Below, one piece after another: positions 24,774 to 38,402 of a DNA stretch of 64,000 nucleotides. Each line of letters begins with the position of its first letter. Position 1 is the stretch's first letter. The translations under genes were made by a program, and so were the position numbers. The notes below the pieces were generated by a model. That model was not told the origin of the DNA and ran no database searches. It saw only the letters and a list, made by a program, of their open reading frames with translations. Source of the DNA: Octopus sinensis (lineage: Eukaryota); assembly GCF_006345805.1 (NCBI RefSeq), contig NC_043013.1:11656001-11720000 (forward strand). The letters are read 5' to 3'.

Positions 24774-24804
24774 ATATATTATATATATATATAGATCTAT
24801 ATGT

Positions 24805-24872
<68 letters not shown>

Positions 24873-25432
24873 TCGTTTCTTTCAATCAGATAAATGACTG
24901 AACTAACGGCATATAGATAGGAAAATGAAAAAGTTAAGTTAATCTAAAGAATTTATACACACACGCACACACACACACACACATATATATATACATATAT
25001 AAATATATATTTATTATTAATATATATATATATACACACACACACATATATATTTAAATATATATGTATATGTTGACGCATATATGTATGTTTGTGTTTA
25101 TATATATGGTGTATGCTAATTTATGCAAATACATAGGTATATTTTTGAAAGTACTAGATATTATATATGAATGTATATGCATGTGTCTGTATATATATAT
25201 GTGCGTGTTGGCAAAAAAACATTGACTTGTGCGTCTGTATTTGAGCCGCGTACACTGTGTGTATACGTATATGTACATGTGTATGTATCCCTGTACATAC
25301 ACAGACACACACACACGTGTATATATTTATATATTCTTACATACGCATAAATACATGTATGCACATATATACATACATATAGAGTTGGCTTTTAAGTCGT
25401 AATCATGCACACGCGAGTACACACTCACACAT

Positions 25433-25493
<61 letters not shown>

Positions 25494-25753
25494 TGTGTGT
25501 TTGTAAATGGTAGGCGACGTCAAAGATGAAGAAAAAAAATGTTATAAAACACTAAAAAGTACCTTTAAGATAAGGTAAAATCATTTTGAGATTACATTGT
25601 TTCATTTAGAGTGTGTACTGACGTACGTACGTACGTACATACATACATACGTACGTACGTACATAAATTCGAACTTATATCCATCCATCCATCCATCTAC
25701 AGACGTGTGTGTGCATGCGTGCGTGTATGTGCGCAGGAGGCTTGTTTGTGTGC

Positions 25754-25785
<32 letters not shown>

Positions 25786-25897
25786 CTGTGTGTGTGTTTA
25801 CAGCACGTTCTATGTATATAAATATATATATATATTTGTATGTGTCTATGCACGTATATATTTTATATACGCACACACGCTATATATTCTCTTGAAT

Positions 25898-25929
<32 letters not shown>

Positions 25930-26022
25930 AACGTACAAACCTTTTCTTATAGTCATATATTATTCATACATACAGTTATACATAATATCTATCTATCTAT
26001 CTATCTATCTAGCTCTCTCTCT

Positions 26023-26062
<40 letters not shown>

Positions 26063-26114
26063 GTATATTTTTATATAATGCATACATACGTTCATACAGA
26101 CACGTACCACCTTC

Positions 26115-26145
<31 letters not shown>

Positions 26146-27302
26146 CTCTTTTTCTTAATCATTTTCCTTCTCTCTCTGGGGTTTGCAACGAGGTAAGTTA
26201 TTTAAGACAATAACCAGAGAAATCATATCCAAATGAGTCAGCCACATGAGCAATCATATTCGTTACTCGACTTTACTTTGCCCCAGTTTGCTTCCTTGCA
26301 ACACTTCGTGAGTTCATAACGTCTGTAGGTTGAAGCTTGAGATTTATTTTATTTTATTTTTCTATTAATCGCTTCCTTATATGGAAGTAGAACAATATGT
26401 CATTTGATTGATTGGCAATTTGTCAGGGCGTAAAAGAATCTCTTGCAGGAGTTGAAATGCTATTGTACTGCCAGACGGGGTTTTTTTTGGGTTTTTTTTT
26501 GGTGGGGGAGTTATTTATTAATTTATTAATTAATTAACTTACTTATTTATTTATTTCTTTAGTCATTCATTTTAACATTCTCTGATCAAATTACGCAGAA
26601 TCATGCCTAAGTCCTCTGTTTCACTGCTGCTGCTGCTGCTGCTGCTGCTACTACTACTACTACTACTACTACTATACTACTACTACTACTACTACTGCTG
26701 CTGTTGCTGCTGCTTCTGCTTATGCTTATGCTGCTGCTGCTTCTTTTTTCTTCTTTCTCTTCTTCTTACACGCCGTCTTCGTTGTCGGTGTCATCGTCAT
26801 TTTTCCTCTTTGCTTTTTTTCGTTGTCGTCGTGGTCGGAGTCTTTGTGGTTATGGTCGTCATGGTCAACGTTATCTTGATTATCAGCATCATTTTCTTCT
26901 GCCTCTTTTATTTCTTCATTTCTTCTGCCCTTTCTCCTTTTCCTAATGCTGCACCATTTACATTTCATCCTCACCCACACATCAGAATTGGTTTCGAAAT
27001 GCTACAGGTGAAGTTTTGCGATGCCAACTAATAGTACACCATTCACACACGCAAAAAAAAAAATTTACAGATTAAAACTAAAAGAAAAAACAAGGAAGAC
27101 GATTGAGCAGGAATTTAGCAAATTGTTTTCTGATCAACTATTCAAAGGCACCATAAAACAAGATGGTTGAGAATGGGTCGATGTATTTTTACTATTTCAG
27201 CGAGCAATGGTTAAAAATAACAAAACAAAAAACAAAAAAGATAAATGTGTTACGATTGGATACGAGAGCAAATTAAAAAAAAAACAGGAGAAATACAACA
27301 GG

Positions 27303-27343
<41 letters not shown>

Positions 27344-28905
27344 TTTAATATATAATAATAAAAACGTGGGAGTGTAATTTGTGACAATTTCTATTGTTTG
27401 TGGGAAAAATGAGTTATGTACCAAGAAAATGTATGTCGCATTGTATCACTAGTGTATCACTAGTGATTCAACATAGATATGATTAAATATTTGAAACAAT
27501 AGCCACCCCGTGTTGCTAGATGCATAAAAGTCACACTCCACGTACGAAGCCGACAGGCGTGGATAATCATGGACCACCAACGTCTGAAGATTCGTTTTCT
27601 TGAGAAAGATACAAGTGGTTTACCGTAGCCTTCGGAGAGTATATTTTCATTTCACTTTGTTAATTACCTGTTTCCTGGGCGTAACTTCATGTCTAAGTTC
27701 CTGTCTAACCCTTCAACAGAAGCAGGTTTCTCTTGATATCAGAACATGCTGTCATACCTGCGTGACTGTTGGACACATGTCTTAGGATCAACCCTTCTCA
27801 GAGTCCGTTGTGCTTTAGCCCCGACATAAAACATGATGTTTTTATAGTAAATTTCGTTACAGGAAGAGCGAAAAATATACTCACCAAAACCTGAACTCCC
27901 AACCTGAAAACTCGTTTAGATGCATTTCATATCTTGGTCTGGAAATATGTAAGATGCATTATTGAAAGTGCCTTTAATTTATTTGAAATTATAAGAGGTG
28001 ATTGGAAAGATGTTTCACTGCCAGTTCTGACATGACAACCAGTTAATCTCTATATTAACAAGATGCATTGCAAACGTTTTGAGACACATTTATTAACCTC
28101 GAATAAGTCCAAAGCTCTAGTCTTCAAAATAGGATCCTGTGATTTCAATGCAATTGTAACACCATTTCGTGAAGACCCCATGCAAGTCTTCCGAAGTGAA
28201 TGACCCTGGGACCGCTGTCACAGCCTACTTCATCTATTCAGTGTCTTCCAAACTACTGCCCCTGAGGGCTTTCTTCAGGTTGGTAAACGACCAAAATTTA
28301 TAGTAAGAAAGTGCTAGAGAGTAGGGAGGATAGAGCTATTTAGATACCCATTTCTGTCAATTAGTTTGTTACCAGAAAGAAATTTTGGACCAGCGTGTTG
28401 TCCTGATGCAGGTACCACCGACTCGAGTGGAAGCGCTCTGGACGTTTGCGACGAAATCTCTTTATGAGCACTCTCAAAACCTCAACAAAGCACTCTTTCT
28501 TGACTGCCTGGCCAGATATCAGAGTATAATAATAATTAAAAAAAACAATACGAAGAATGGTGAATTACATATCTTTTACTACATAATTTGTAATCCATCA
28601 TTCACTTCATATGAGTTAGCGTTCCTTAAACAATTATATGTTAATTCTGAACTTAAGTTGATCCATAAATAATCGGCTACAGTAGTATATTAAGAAAGAA
28701 AATCAACATAGCTCACCCTACGCAGAGCGACCATGTTCGGAAGATTGTAGACCATAGAAATATTTGAATACTGAATTCGGTTAAATATAAACCAATTTAA
28801 GTGTTATGTCAAAACATCATGGTATTACATAACCGTAAATCAACTGTAACCCGCGTAAATATATATATGTATATATATATGTGTGTGTGAGTGTGTGTGT
28901 GTGTA

Positions 28906-29774
28906 TGTGCCTGATCAATAGGTATCCAAATTGTTGCCATAGTAACGAGGTCAAAGCACGCAGACTGAAGCCATTTAGCACAGATTGACCTTGAGCTCAG
29001 CTGTGCATGCCCACTAAGTTTTAACGTTCCAGCTCACTTCCACTGGTTACAGCTGTGCTAGGAAGGAAGGTGTGTAGCGTGTGATCGTCGCCCTGACCAT
29101 GACAGAGAAAGTTTTCATGGTGATACCTGCTCAGAGGCCTACGTACAGTTGCAGAAAGTGTACGGAGAGGAGTGCATGAGCGTATGAGTGTACCAGACGT
29201 TTCCGAGATGGCCGAAAACATGTCGATATTGACGATCGTTTTCGGAGACCCGCAAACAGCAGAACCGAGAAAAACATTGCAGATGTTCATGCAACTTTGA
29301 GGAGAAATCGTCGAATCACCATCCGTGGGCTATCAGCGGACGCTCAGATTAGTTACGGTTGTGTTCAGTTCACTATCATTGAAGATCTGGGTATGAGACG
29401 CGTGTCTTCCGAATTTGTGCCGAAACTGCTTTCAGCCGACCACAACGACACTCAAGATTTCCTTGATTGTGTCGAGTACGATGAAAACATTTTCAAAATT
29501 TTGCGTGTGCCTCTGAGGAGGTATCGCCAAGCTTTTGGCGAAATTTGGTGCATAGTCTCTACTTAACTTTCCCTTTCATGGTCAATGCCATGATCACACG
29601 CTACACACCTTTCTTCCAAGCACTGCTGTAAGCAGCGGAAGTGAGATAAGAAAATTAAAACTTAGTGTAAGTACACAGAAGAATTCCAGGTCAATCTATG
29701 CCAAGCGAATTCTCTGTGTGTGCTTTAGCTTCATTGATATGGCAACAGTCCGGATGTTTATTGAACAGACCACG
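28906..29774 (+). mobile_element. Mariner derivative with two left ends (foldback structure)
   Basis: Transposase N-terminal fragments (..DDRFRRPANSRTEKNIADVHATLRRNRRITIR..EDLGMRRVSSEFVPKLL). TIR-like ends flanked by TA. 29500-29774 is an inverted homolog of the left end. Confidence 0.85.
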
Positions 29775-29884
29775 TATATGCATATTTATATATTTATCCT
29801 TTTACTTTTTCTTCAGTCATTTGACTTTGGCCATACTGGAGCGCTGCGTTGAGTGATTTTAACAGAGCAACTCGACGATACATG

Positions 29885-29915
<31 letters not shown>

Positions 29916-30114
29916 TTTAAGTAGGTGAATGAATTATCCTAGTATGGATAATTCGGTTAATCGATACCTGGTAGCAAATTCACGTCAGAAAACACGGTTG
30001 AAGCTACATGCCAAGGGCAGAAACCCCGTGTTCTTGTGTGGAAATTTGTGTGTTATTTTTATATGAATAAATGAAAAAATGGAGTCGAGCTAAGATCTTA
30101 ACAAAATTCCTTTA

Positions 30115-30197
30115 CTCTCAACACATGTTTCGAAGACTGCATACTCTTAATTCCGAAGGAATAAAGGGTGCATTATGCCGTCTTCTCATCAGGAAAG
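30115..30197 (-). ncRNA. Mirror hammerhead ribozyme (left arm of the palindrome)
   Basis: Reverse complement of 30339-30421 with identical core and stems (tcatcag 30186-92, gtttc 30127-31). Confidence 0.8.
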
Positions 30198-30338
30198 ACA
30201 AGGAACCTCTATCAGCCTCAAGACGAACAAAATCTTTTTGATGACTGCCTACATGGTGTTCACAGTGATAATGTGGACACCATGTAGGCAGTCATCAAAA
30301 AGATTTTGTTCGTCTTGAGGCTGATAGAGGTTCCTTGT

Positions 30339-30421
30339 CTTTCCTGATGAGAAGACGGCATAATGGTCCCTTTATTCCTTCGGAATTAAGAGTATGCAGT
30401 CTTCGAAACATGTGTTGAGAG
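30339..30421 (+). ncRNA. Type I hammerhead ribozyme, extended stem II (right arm of the palindrome)
   Basis: Stem I CTTTC/GAGAG; CTGATGA 30344-50; stem II GAAGAC/GTCTTC plus GCATA/TATGC plus apical attcCTTCGGaat; GAAAC-ATGT-GTT. Confidence 0.8.
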
Positions 30422-30468
30422 TAAAGGAATTTTGTTAAAATCTTAGTTCGACTCCATTCTTTCATTTA

Positions 30469-30513
<45 letters not shown>

Positions 30514-31990
30514 TTATATATATATATGTATGTGAGTGTGTGTGTATACATATACGTATGTATGTGTATATAAACGTTTGTGTATTTGTGGATGGTGGTA
30601 TGCGTGCTTTATGTTGCTTTTCTTGCTTATATCTTTATACTGGAGGATTAAAATTTCCTCCACGTTAACAAAAATATAAACTTCTAAAAAGAAGACTCCT
30701 TAAAACTTTCATTTCGTTTCCATATTTCCTATATTCTCTTACAGAATATTTATTTGCTGCCATACGCATTGAGGTCCGTTGCTGTCACTAGAACTTATTT
30801 GTCTTATATTCTGAACGGAATACGTCTTGTAGCAATTTCTTTTCCTTTATTTTTTATAAACATTTATGAACGAATAATTCAGGATTTTCAGTCCGTTAGC
30901 AACAACTTAGCAGTTAAAGTGTTATTCTGTTTTATAGGATACCCAGAGGAATTGCTGAGAAATACGAAACATCCTTAACGAAATTTTAAAACTGGGGTAC
31001 TGTTTTTCCTTTTTTTTTTGAAGATTCCTGAATGTATATATATATATAAATATATATATACATATACATCCACATATGGGAATACGTACATACGAACACA
31101 TATATGGCGGTATTCTAAATGTGTTTGAATGTGTGAATGTATACTTAATTTTTCAGAGGTAATAAAAGGACCAACGTGAACGCGACATGTGTGCTTGAAT
31201 GTGACTAGAAATACATGAATGTATACACACGTGTGCATGTATGCATATATATGACTTCATATGGATTTATACCGCCATATGTTTTACTATGTACGTATTT
31301 ATGTACGTGCATGTGAATATATTTATATATATATGTGTGTGAGTATGTATATTTACATGTGTATATTTGTATGTATATATATATATGCATACGTATATGT
31401 ATGTGTGTATATATATATATATATACACACTATTACAATACAATAGTATAATTTTCCAGCGATGAGCCTTGTAAAGATTGAATTACATAGCATCGTTATT
31501 GGATATTGACTGCTATTTCCAGCAAATATTAGTGCCTTGTTGTGTCACTATTTCCTGTGCTTATCCTGGAAAATAATACTATGGTATCGTAATAACATTT
31601 ATAAATTTTTATATAAAACTATTCACTGATCTCCGCCTCGTTTACAGGTTGGTCTATCAGCCTAGTGCACAGGCATTGATGTAACGGACATTTAAATTTT
31701 GCCTTAGGTTAACCTAGATTTAAAAGACTAACCTCATTTGCGATAATAGACTTTTTCTGGAATGACCGAAACTTGAGTACTAGGTTGTTCATTTTGCAGG
31801 CGTTTCTCCTAGTCGTAAGACGAACATTTTTTTATGTTCGCCTCCCGCACACATATTTGCATCTATACATTCAGTGAAGCTTTACATAGTGTCGAACAGT
31901 TATCGACCGCTATTTCCAGCAAACATTGGTGCCTTCTTGTGCTACTATTTCCTACACACACACACACACACCACACACACACACACACAC

Positions 31991-32071
<81 letters not shown>

Positions 32072-32075
32072 TATA

Positions 32076-32401
32076 TCTTGTGTTGTCCGGAATGTGTTAC
32101 CCCACCCTCCATATTCACCAGATATAGCTCCTTCGGATTTCTACTTATTCAGGTCTCTGCAGAATAGTCTTAATGGTAAAAATTTCAATTCATTGGATGA
32201 CGTAAAAAGATACCTTGATGAATTTTTTGCCATGAAACCACCTCAATTCTGGGAAGAGGGTATTTTTAAATTAAAGGAATGATGGAGACGCATTGTGCAA
32301 CAAAATGTTCAATATTTGGTTGATTAAAAATGTAATTGCAAGTATTTATTGACCATTTCTTTCTTTTAAAAATCGGCACGAACTTTCCGGACAACCCAAA
32401 A
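32076..32401 (+). mobile_element. Internally deleted mariner (MITE-like) retaining the transposase C-terminus
   Basis: Translation VLPHPPYSPDIAPSDFYLFRSLQNSLNGKNF.. contains the YSPDLAP(S)D motif. Right TIR ..aactttccggacaacccaaaa|ta; short left TIR ta|tcttgtgttgtccggaa. Confidence 0.9.
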
Positions 32402-32842
32402 TATAAATATACATATAGATATATATGTATGCAATATATGTATGCATGTATGTATGCATGTATGTATGCATGCATTCATGTATGTATCTGCAGATTTTAA
32501 ATGTATATATGTACCTATGTATATATAGATGAGTCCTATCAGTATTTTAGTGATGTTTCTTTACTAATGACTCAACCATTGCATGTAGTACCAAAATCTT
32601 AGCATATGGTTGTGCAGAATCACATGGGCTAAGGGCATTGGGAGCCTCCTTGATCTAGTCTTAGGTGTAGCCGACCAGTAGTAAACTTTTGATTAAATTA
32701 TTCATGTGCTTATCACCTTACGTGTACGAAAATTGATTACCGACAAGCCTTTGCAAAGCATACTCAATGACCATTCAAGTTTCATCGAAACTTTTATGTA
32801 TGTATATATAAAGGATGTTAAGTTATATACATATATATATAC

Positions 32843-32881
<39 letters not shown>

Positions 32882-32912
32882 GTATATATATATGTGTGTG
32901 TGTATATATGTA

Positions 32913-33018
<106 letters not shown>

Positions 33019-33169
33019 TATATGTATATATATATGTATATATATATGTGTATATATATATATATGTGTATATATATTTTTTCTCTCCTTTTTCTTTCCT
33101 TTTTTCTTTCCTTTTTTCTCTCCTGTTTTTTTCACTCCTTTTTTTCTCTCCTTTTTTCTCTCCTTGTTT

Positions 33170-33325
33170 CTCTTCTTGTTTTTTCTGTCTCCCTTCCTAT
33201 ATAAGAGCGTAGGCTCGAAACGTAAAATACTTTTTCTATTCCTGAGCGTTATACTAATACATCTGTTTGTTTTGTACACCATCTGTCTTCGTCTTTTGTT
33301 GTTTTTTTTCGTAAACTCTCCCTAT
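33170..33325 (+). repeat. Dispersed repeat with a hammerhead-like motif (copy 2)
   Basis: GAGC-gtag-GCTC-GAAAC-GTA at 33205-33224; flank homologous to 16665-16800. Confidence 0.8.
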
Positions 33326-33344
33326 ATATATATATATATATATT

Positions 33345-33671
33345 AAATACAAAATACTCCGCCGGTTACGACGACGAGGGTCCCAGCTGATACTTCAACG
33401 GAACAGCTTGCTCGTGAAATTAACGTGCAAATGGCTGAGCATTCCACAGACACGTGTACCCTTAACGTAGTTCTCGGGATAATCAGCGTGACACAGAGAG
33501 TGATAAGGCTGACCCTTTGAATACAAGTACAACTCATTTTTGCCAGCTGAGTGGACTGGAGCAACGTGAAATAAAGTGTCTTGCTCAAGGACACAACGCG
33601 TCGCCGGGAATCGAACTCACAACCTTACGATCATGAGCCGAATGCCCTAACCACTAAGCCACGCGCCCTCA
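33345..33671 (-). mobile_element. SINE family E (family C head and core, different tail)
   Basis: A box tggcttagtgg, B box gttcgattcc, core ttgagcaagacactttatttcacgttgctccagtccactcagctg; tail unrelated to family C. Confidence 0.88.
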
Positions 33672-34102
33672 CATATATATATATATACATAGTGGTCATC
33701 ACCTCACAATTTCACTTCTCTATCTCTGAACGTCTCGGTCCTTGTCACTGCTGATTGAAAACGTTAGAGATCATTGGGTGGGGATTGTTCTCCGGCACCG
33801 GGGACATCTTGTTATAATCCAATCTCAGCGCAATAAAGATGAAAAATTCTTAGAACGAAAAACATAGGAGGAATCCATCAATTCGGAGTTAGGGGTACAT
33901 GACTCACCTGCTTTTTGAAATGAATTTAGTCCCGTATATTCCTCAAATGTTAGATCAAACGGAGGCAGTCCTGGTATTTCGCGCACATGCGCAACAGCGG
34001 ATTTTGGTCCTTTTTAAGAAAAGACATTCACGTGAAAAATGTGGACACATGAAACACTTCAATAATATGGAGAACACTTACACACGCACAAAAATAGTAT
34101 CC

Positions 34103-34144
<42 letters not shown>

Positions 34145-34421
34145 ACACAGGCACACTCATGCACACGCATAAAAAACACATACGCACATATACACACGCA
34201 TATCTTAAAATACATAATGCGGTCATTTTGACCCTGAGAAGTGTGGCATGTGTGTGTGTGTGTGTGCGTGTGAGTGATTGTCTGTGTGTGTAGTGTGTGT
34301 GTGTGTGCGTGCGTGTGAGTGATTGTCTGTGTGTGTAGTGTGTGTGTGTGCGTACATCGATTTATGATCGCATACACAAAGCATACATACTTTCAAACGT
34401 ACATGTATTCATGCAGGCATT

Positions 34422-34455
<34 letters not shown>

Positions 34456-34519
34456 GTGTGTGTGTGTGTGTGTATATACATAAATATATATATATATGTA
34501 TATGTATGTATGTATATAT

Positions 34520-34554
<35 letters not shown>

Positions 34555-35024
34555 TATACATGAATATATATATATACACATATATATATGTATATATACA
34601 AAAAAATATATATACATATATATATATTTATGTATATATACATATAAATATATGTATATATATATAATATATACATTATATATATATCTAATATATATAT
34701 ATACATATATATATATACATATATATATATATATTCATGCATATATATATTCATGCATATATACATATATATATATAAATATATACATACATACATACAT
34801 TCATACACTTACACATGTATTCATATATTCATACATGCATTTGAACATCCAAGTGCGTGTTTACTCAACCAATGGTCCTTTACAAAACACTAGCCCTATT
34901 GATCACAACAATTTATTTTACTTCCTATTCGTATCATATATTATTTGTTTTTGACAGCCATTTTTACACACACACACACACACACACATACATACATACA
35001 TACATACATACATACATACATACA

Positions 35025-35058
<34 letters not shown>

Positions 35059-35379
35059 CGAACATGCATGTACATGCATACACACACACATTTATATATA
35101 TGTGTATGTGTGTAAACACGCATTCATACATATATATATGTATATCTGTGCGAAATACGTATGTCTTTGGAGGGTTGTTATTGTATTCCTTATTAGTATA
35201 AATTTGTTATTAGTTTTATTGGGATAATCAATATCATGTCTTTCGTTATTATTCTTAATATTAGCCGTATTCTTCTTCTTCATTTTCACTTGTGTTCTTC
35301 TCCATCCTTTTTCATCTTCTCCCTATTATTTTCTGAACCCCTTGTTCTTTTTTCCTATCCTTTTGATTCTTATCCTTAT

Positions 35380-35700
35380 TGTTGTTGGTGTTATCGATGT
35401 CGTCGTTGTTGTTGTTGTTGTTGTTATTATTAATATTATCATTATTATTATTATTAATATTATCATCATTTCTTCTATTGTAACTATTAATATTGTTACT
35501 GTTGTTATAATTATTAATATTACCTCTATTATTGTCATTATCATCAGCATCACTATCATCATTATCATCATCACCATCATCATCATCATCATCATCATCA
35601 CTATCATCATCATCATCATCATCCTCATCATCATCATCATCCTCATCACCACCATCATCATCATCCTCATCACCACCACCATCATCATCATCACTATTTA

Positions 35701-35757
<57 letters not shown>

Positions 35758-35829
35758 GATTATTATTATTATTATTATCATCATCATTATTAATACTATT
35801 ATTAGTATATTATGATTATTATTATTATG

Positions 35830-35864
<35 letters not shown>

Positions 35865-36251
35865 CATCATCATTATTAATACTATGTATTATTATTATTC
35901 ATTATTATTATTATTATTATAATTATTATTATTATTATTGTTATTATTATTATATTATTATTATTATCATCATTATTAATACTATTAATTATTATTATTA
36001 TTATTATTATTTTATTATTATTATCATTAGTATTATTATTATTTTAATATTATTATCATTATTATTATTATTATTGTTATTATTATTACTATCATATTAA
36101 TTATTACTATTATTTATTATTATTATTATTATTCATCATATTAGTAATCTATTATATTAATTATATCTATATATTATGATATTATTTTTATTATTATATA
36201 TTATAATCATCATCATTATTTTAGTAACTATTATATTATTATTATTCTTTT

Positions 36252-36282
<31 letters not shown>

Positions 36283-36320
36283 TTATTATTATCATTATTA
36301 TTACTTCCATCATCATAATC
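35380..36320. repeat. Large compound (GTT)/(ATC)/(ATT)n trinucleotide array
   Basis: Direct inspection; source of poly-I/M/S ORFs. Confidence 0.97.
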
Positions 36321-36784
36321 GTCGTCGTCGACGTCATTATCTGCAAGGGCATTGCGTGGACACCTTTTGTCAACTTTGCATTGTGCATGCACACTGCGCT
36401 GTCAACTGTGCAGTGAAGTGAACTGTGCAGTCAAGTGTGCATATAACTGTGATTAGCTGTTCAACCAGTTGCTCTCTCTCCGCCGCCGCCACTGTTGTCT
36501 CATTATCAATGTAACAAACCAGTAGCTGTTACGTTGTAATCACAATTTTTTTTGTTGTTTTTTTTTTTCCTTTTTAATAATATATGGATGATGGACACCT
36601 GATGATGAAGTAAATGTATCGCGAGGTAGAGCAGCCGGTTGTCGCAAGCTGTATAGCAGTATCAGAGCTGGCTTGTTTCAGGGTGTGCATAGCAGGTTTA
36701 TTGGGTGGTTTTGGAGGCTGATGTCAATATGGCGGAGAAAGGGCTCTAGTTGGGTAGGTGTGGGAATGTACGGGTAAAAAACGA

Positions 36785-36892
36785 TTGAGGAAGAAGAAGA
36801 AGAGGAGAAGGTGGAGGAGTGGAAGGAAATTATTTAAACGAGCAAAGGAAGAAGGGCTAGAAAAGAAAGGGTGGAATGAGAAAGAGCATTTG

Positions 36893-36926
<34 letters not shown>

Positions 36927-37080
36927 AGAAGAAGAAGAAGAAGAAGAAAGAAGAAGAAGAAGAAGTTGTAGTAGAAGAAGAAGAAGAAGAAGAAGAAAGA
37001 AGAAGAAGAAGAAGAAGAAGATGATGTTGATGATGATGATACTGATGATGATGATGATGAGGATGATGATGATGAATAAA
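36785..37080. repeat. (AAG)n/(GAT)n array
   Basis: Direct inspection. Confidence 0.95.
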
Positions 37081-37507
37081 TAGAAAGACAACAAATACGA
37101 ATGAAGACGGGGAACAAAAACGTATTTAAAAAAAGTAAATAAAAACTGCAGGTGACAGTCGATTAAATTATGATCAAAGGTGCTTAGAGACAGCTTTTAC
37201 GATATAGCTGTCGTTGTTGTTGTGTTGTTGTTGTTGTTGTGGATGCTCTTCAAGGTTTTGAATCTGGTCAGTCACACTTTTTGCTCATCTCAACTTAACA
37301 TTAGTCAAGTAAATATGCACCCATGTATGAAATCTAGGGCTCACACATACACATATATGTAAATAAATAAACACACAGGTATGTACGCAGAGATGATGAG
37401 AGACTGTCAGGATTAGGTAAATGTTTTCACATATATGTGAACACGCTATACTCTCCTATCGTAAACGACGGGTGAGAGTACAGCGATTTCCTGTTATTCA
37501 AATTCTT

Positions 37508-37597
37508 TTACTTCCGACACATGTTTCGAAGATATTACTAGTATTATTCCAAAGGAATGAAATGGTGTAAAACAATGTAATCTTCTCTTCAGGGTAA
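37508..37597 (-). ncRNA. Hammerhead ribozyme with extended stem II and damaged stem I
   Basis: Minus strand reads TTACC-CTGAAGA-GAAGAT...ATCTTC-GAAAC-ATGT-GTC-GGAAGTAA. The stem II interior is homologous to the copy at 1397. Confidence 0.72.
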
Positions 37598-37796
37598 TGA
37601 AGAAATGAAACTCGTCAATAAGACATTTTAACAGAATAAGATGGATATATATCGTGATTAACTGAACGCTATTAAGTTTCTTTCAAAAAACGTTATAGGA
37701 TATAACGTCAGAGGTAGCCTATGGAAAGAGGAGGGATAAGGACATATATATATATATATATATAATATATATATATATATATGCATATATATTATT

Positions 37797-37834
<38 letters not shown>

Positions 37835-37877
37835 GAGAGAGAGAGAGAGAGAGAGACATACAGACAGACAGACAGAC

Positions 37878-37925
<48 letters not shown>

Positions 37926-38248
37926 TAGATAGATAGATAGATAGATAGATCTCAAGATTAATCAGCCGAAATTGCGAGGATGATCCGGTTCTTGACTGAA
38001 GATTGAAGGCTACGAATGTCCCGTCCGTTTTTTTTTTGTATCATCTTCTAAATGTTTTGCGTTCTTGTCTCAGTTTGTGTTTTTTTACAATATATATATA
38101 TACACACACCACACACACACACACACACCACACACACATATAATATATATATATATATAGATATATATATATATATATGTATATATCTATATAGATATTT
38201 GATAGATAAAAGATAGATACATACATACATACCTTATAGATATACATA

Positions 38249-38292
<44 letters not shown>

Positions 38293-38402
38293 AATATATA
38301 TACACACCCGTGCGAGATATATATAACAGTAGCTGCACGACATCGTGAAGTATGTTAGCCGCATCTAGGTGGCAAATATACTTCACAATATATATAGATA
38401 TT

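Larger units (their letters stand above)
30060..30476. repeat. ~417-bp near-perfect palindrome made of two PLE pLTR copies
   Basis: Arms 30060-30264 and 30272-30476, 7-nt spacer gtgataa, about 6 mismatches counted by eye. Confidence 0.95.

Noticed and set aside
26603-27031. Acidic/basic ORFs such as MWVRMKCKW..DHDDHNHKD
   Set aside because: Derived from decaying (CTG)/(CTA)/(GTC) triplet repeats.
33600-33671. tRNA-like sequence with a CAT anticodon-like loop and A/B boxes
   Set aside because: The acceptor and anticodon stems are imperfect and it continues directly into a SINE core. It is a SINE head, not a tRNA gene; the same applies to 3152, 24240 and 48871.
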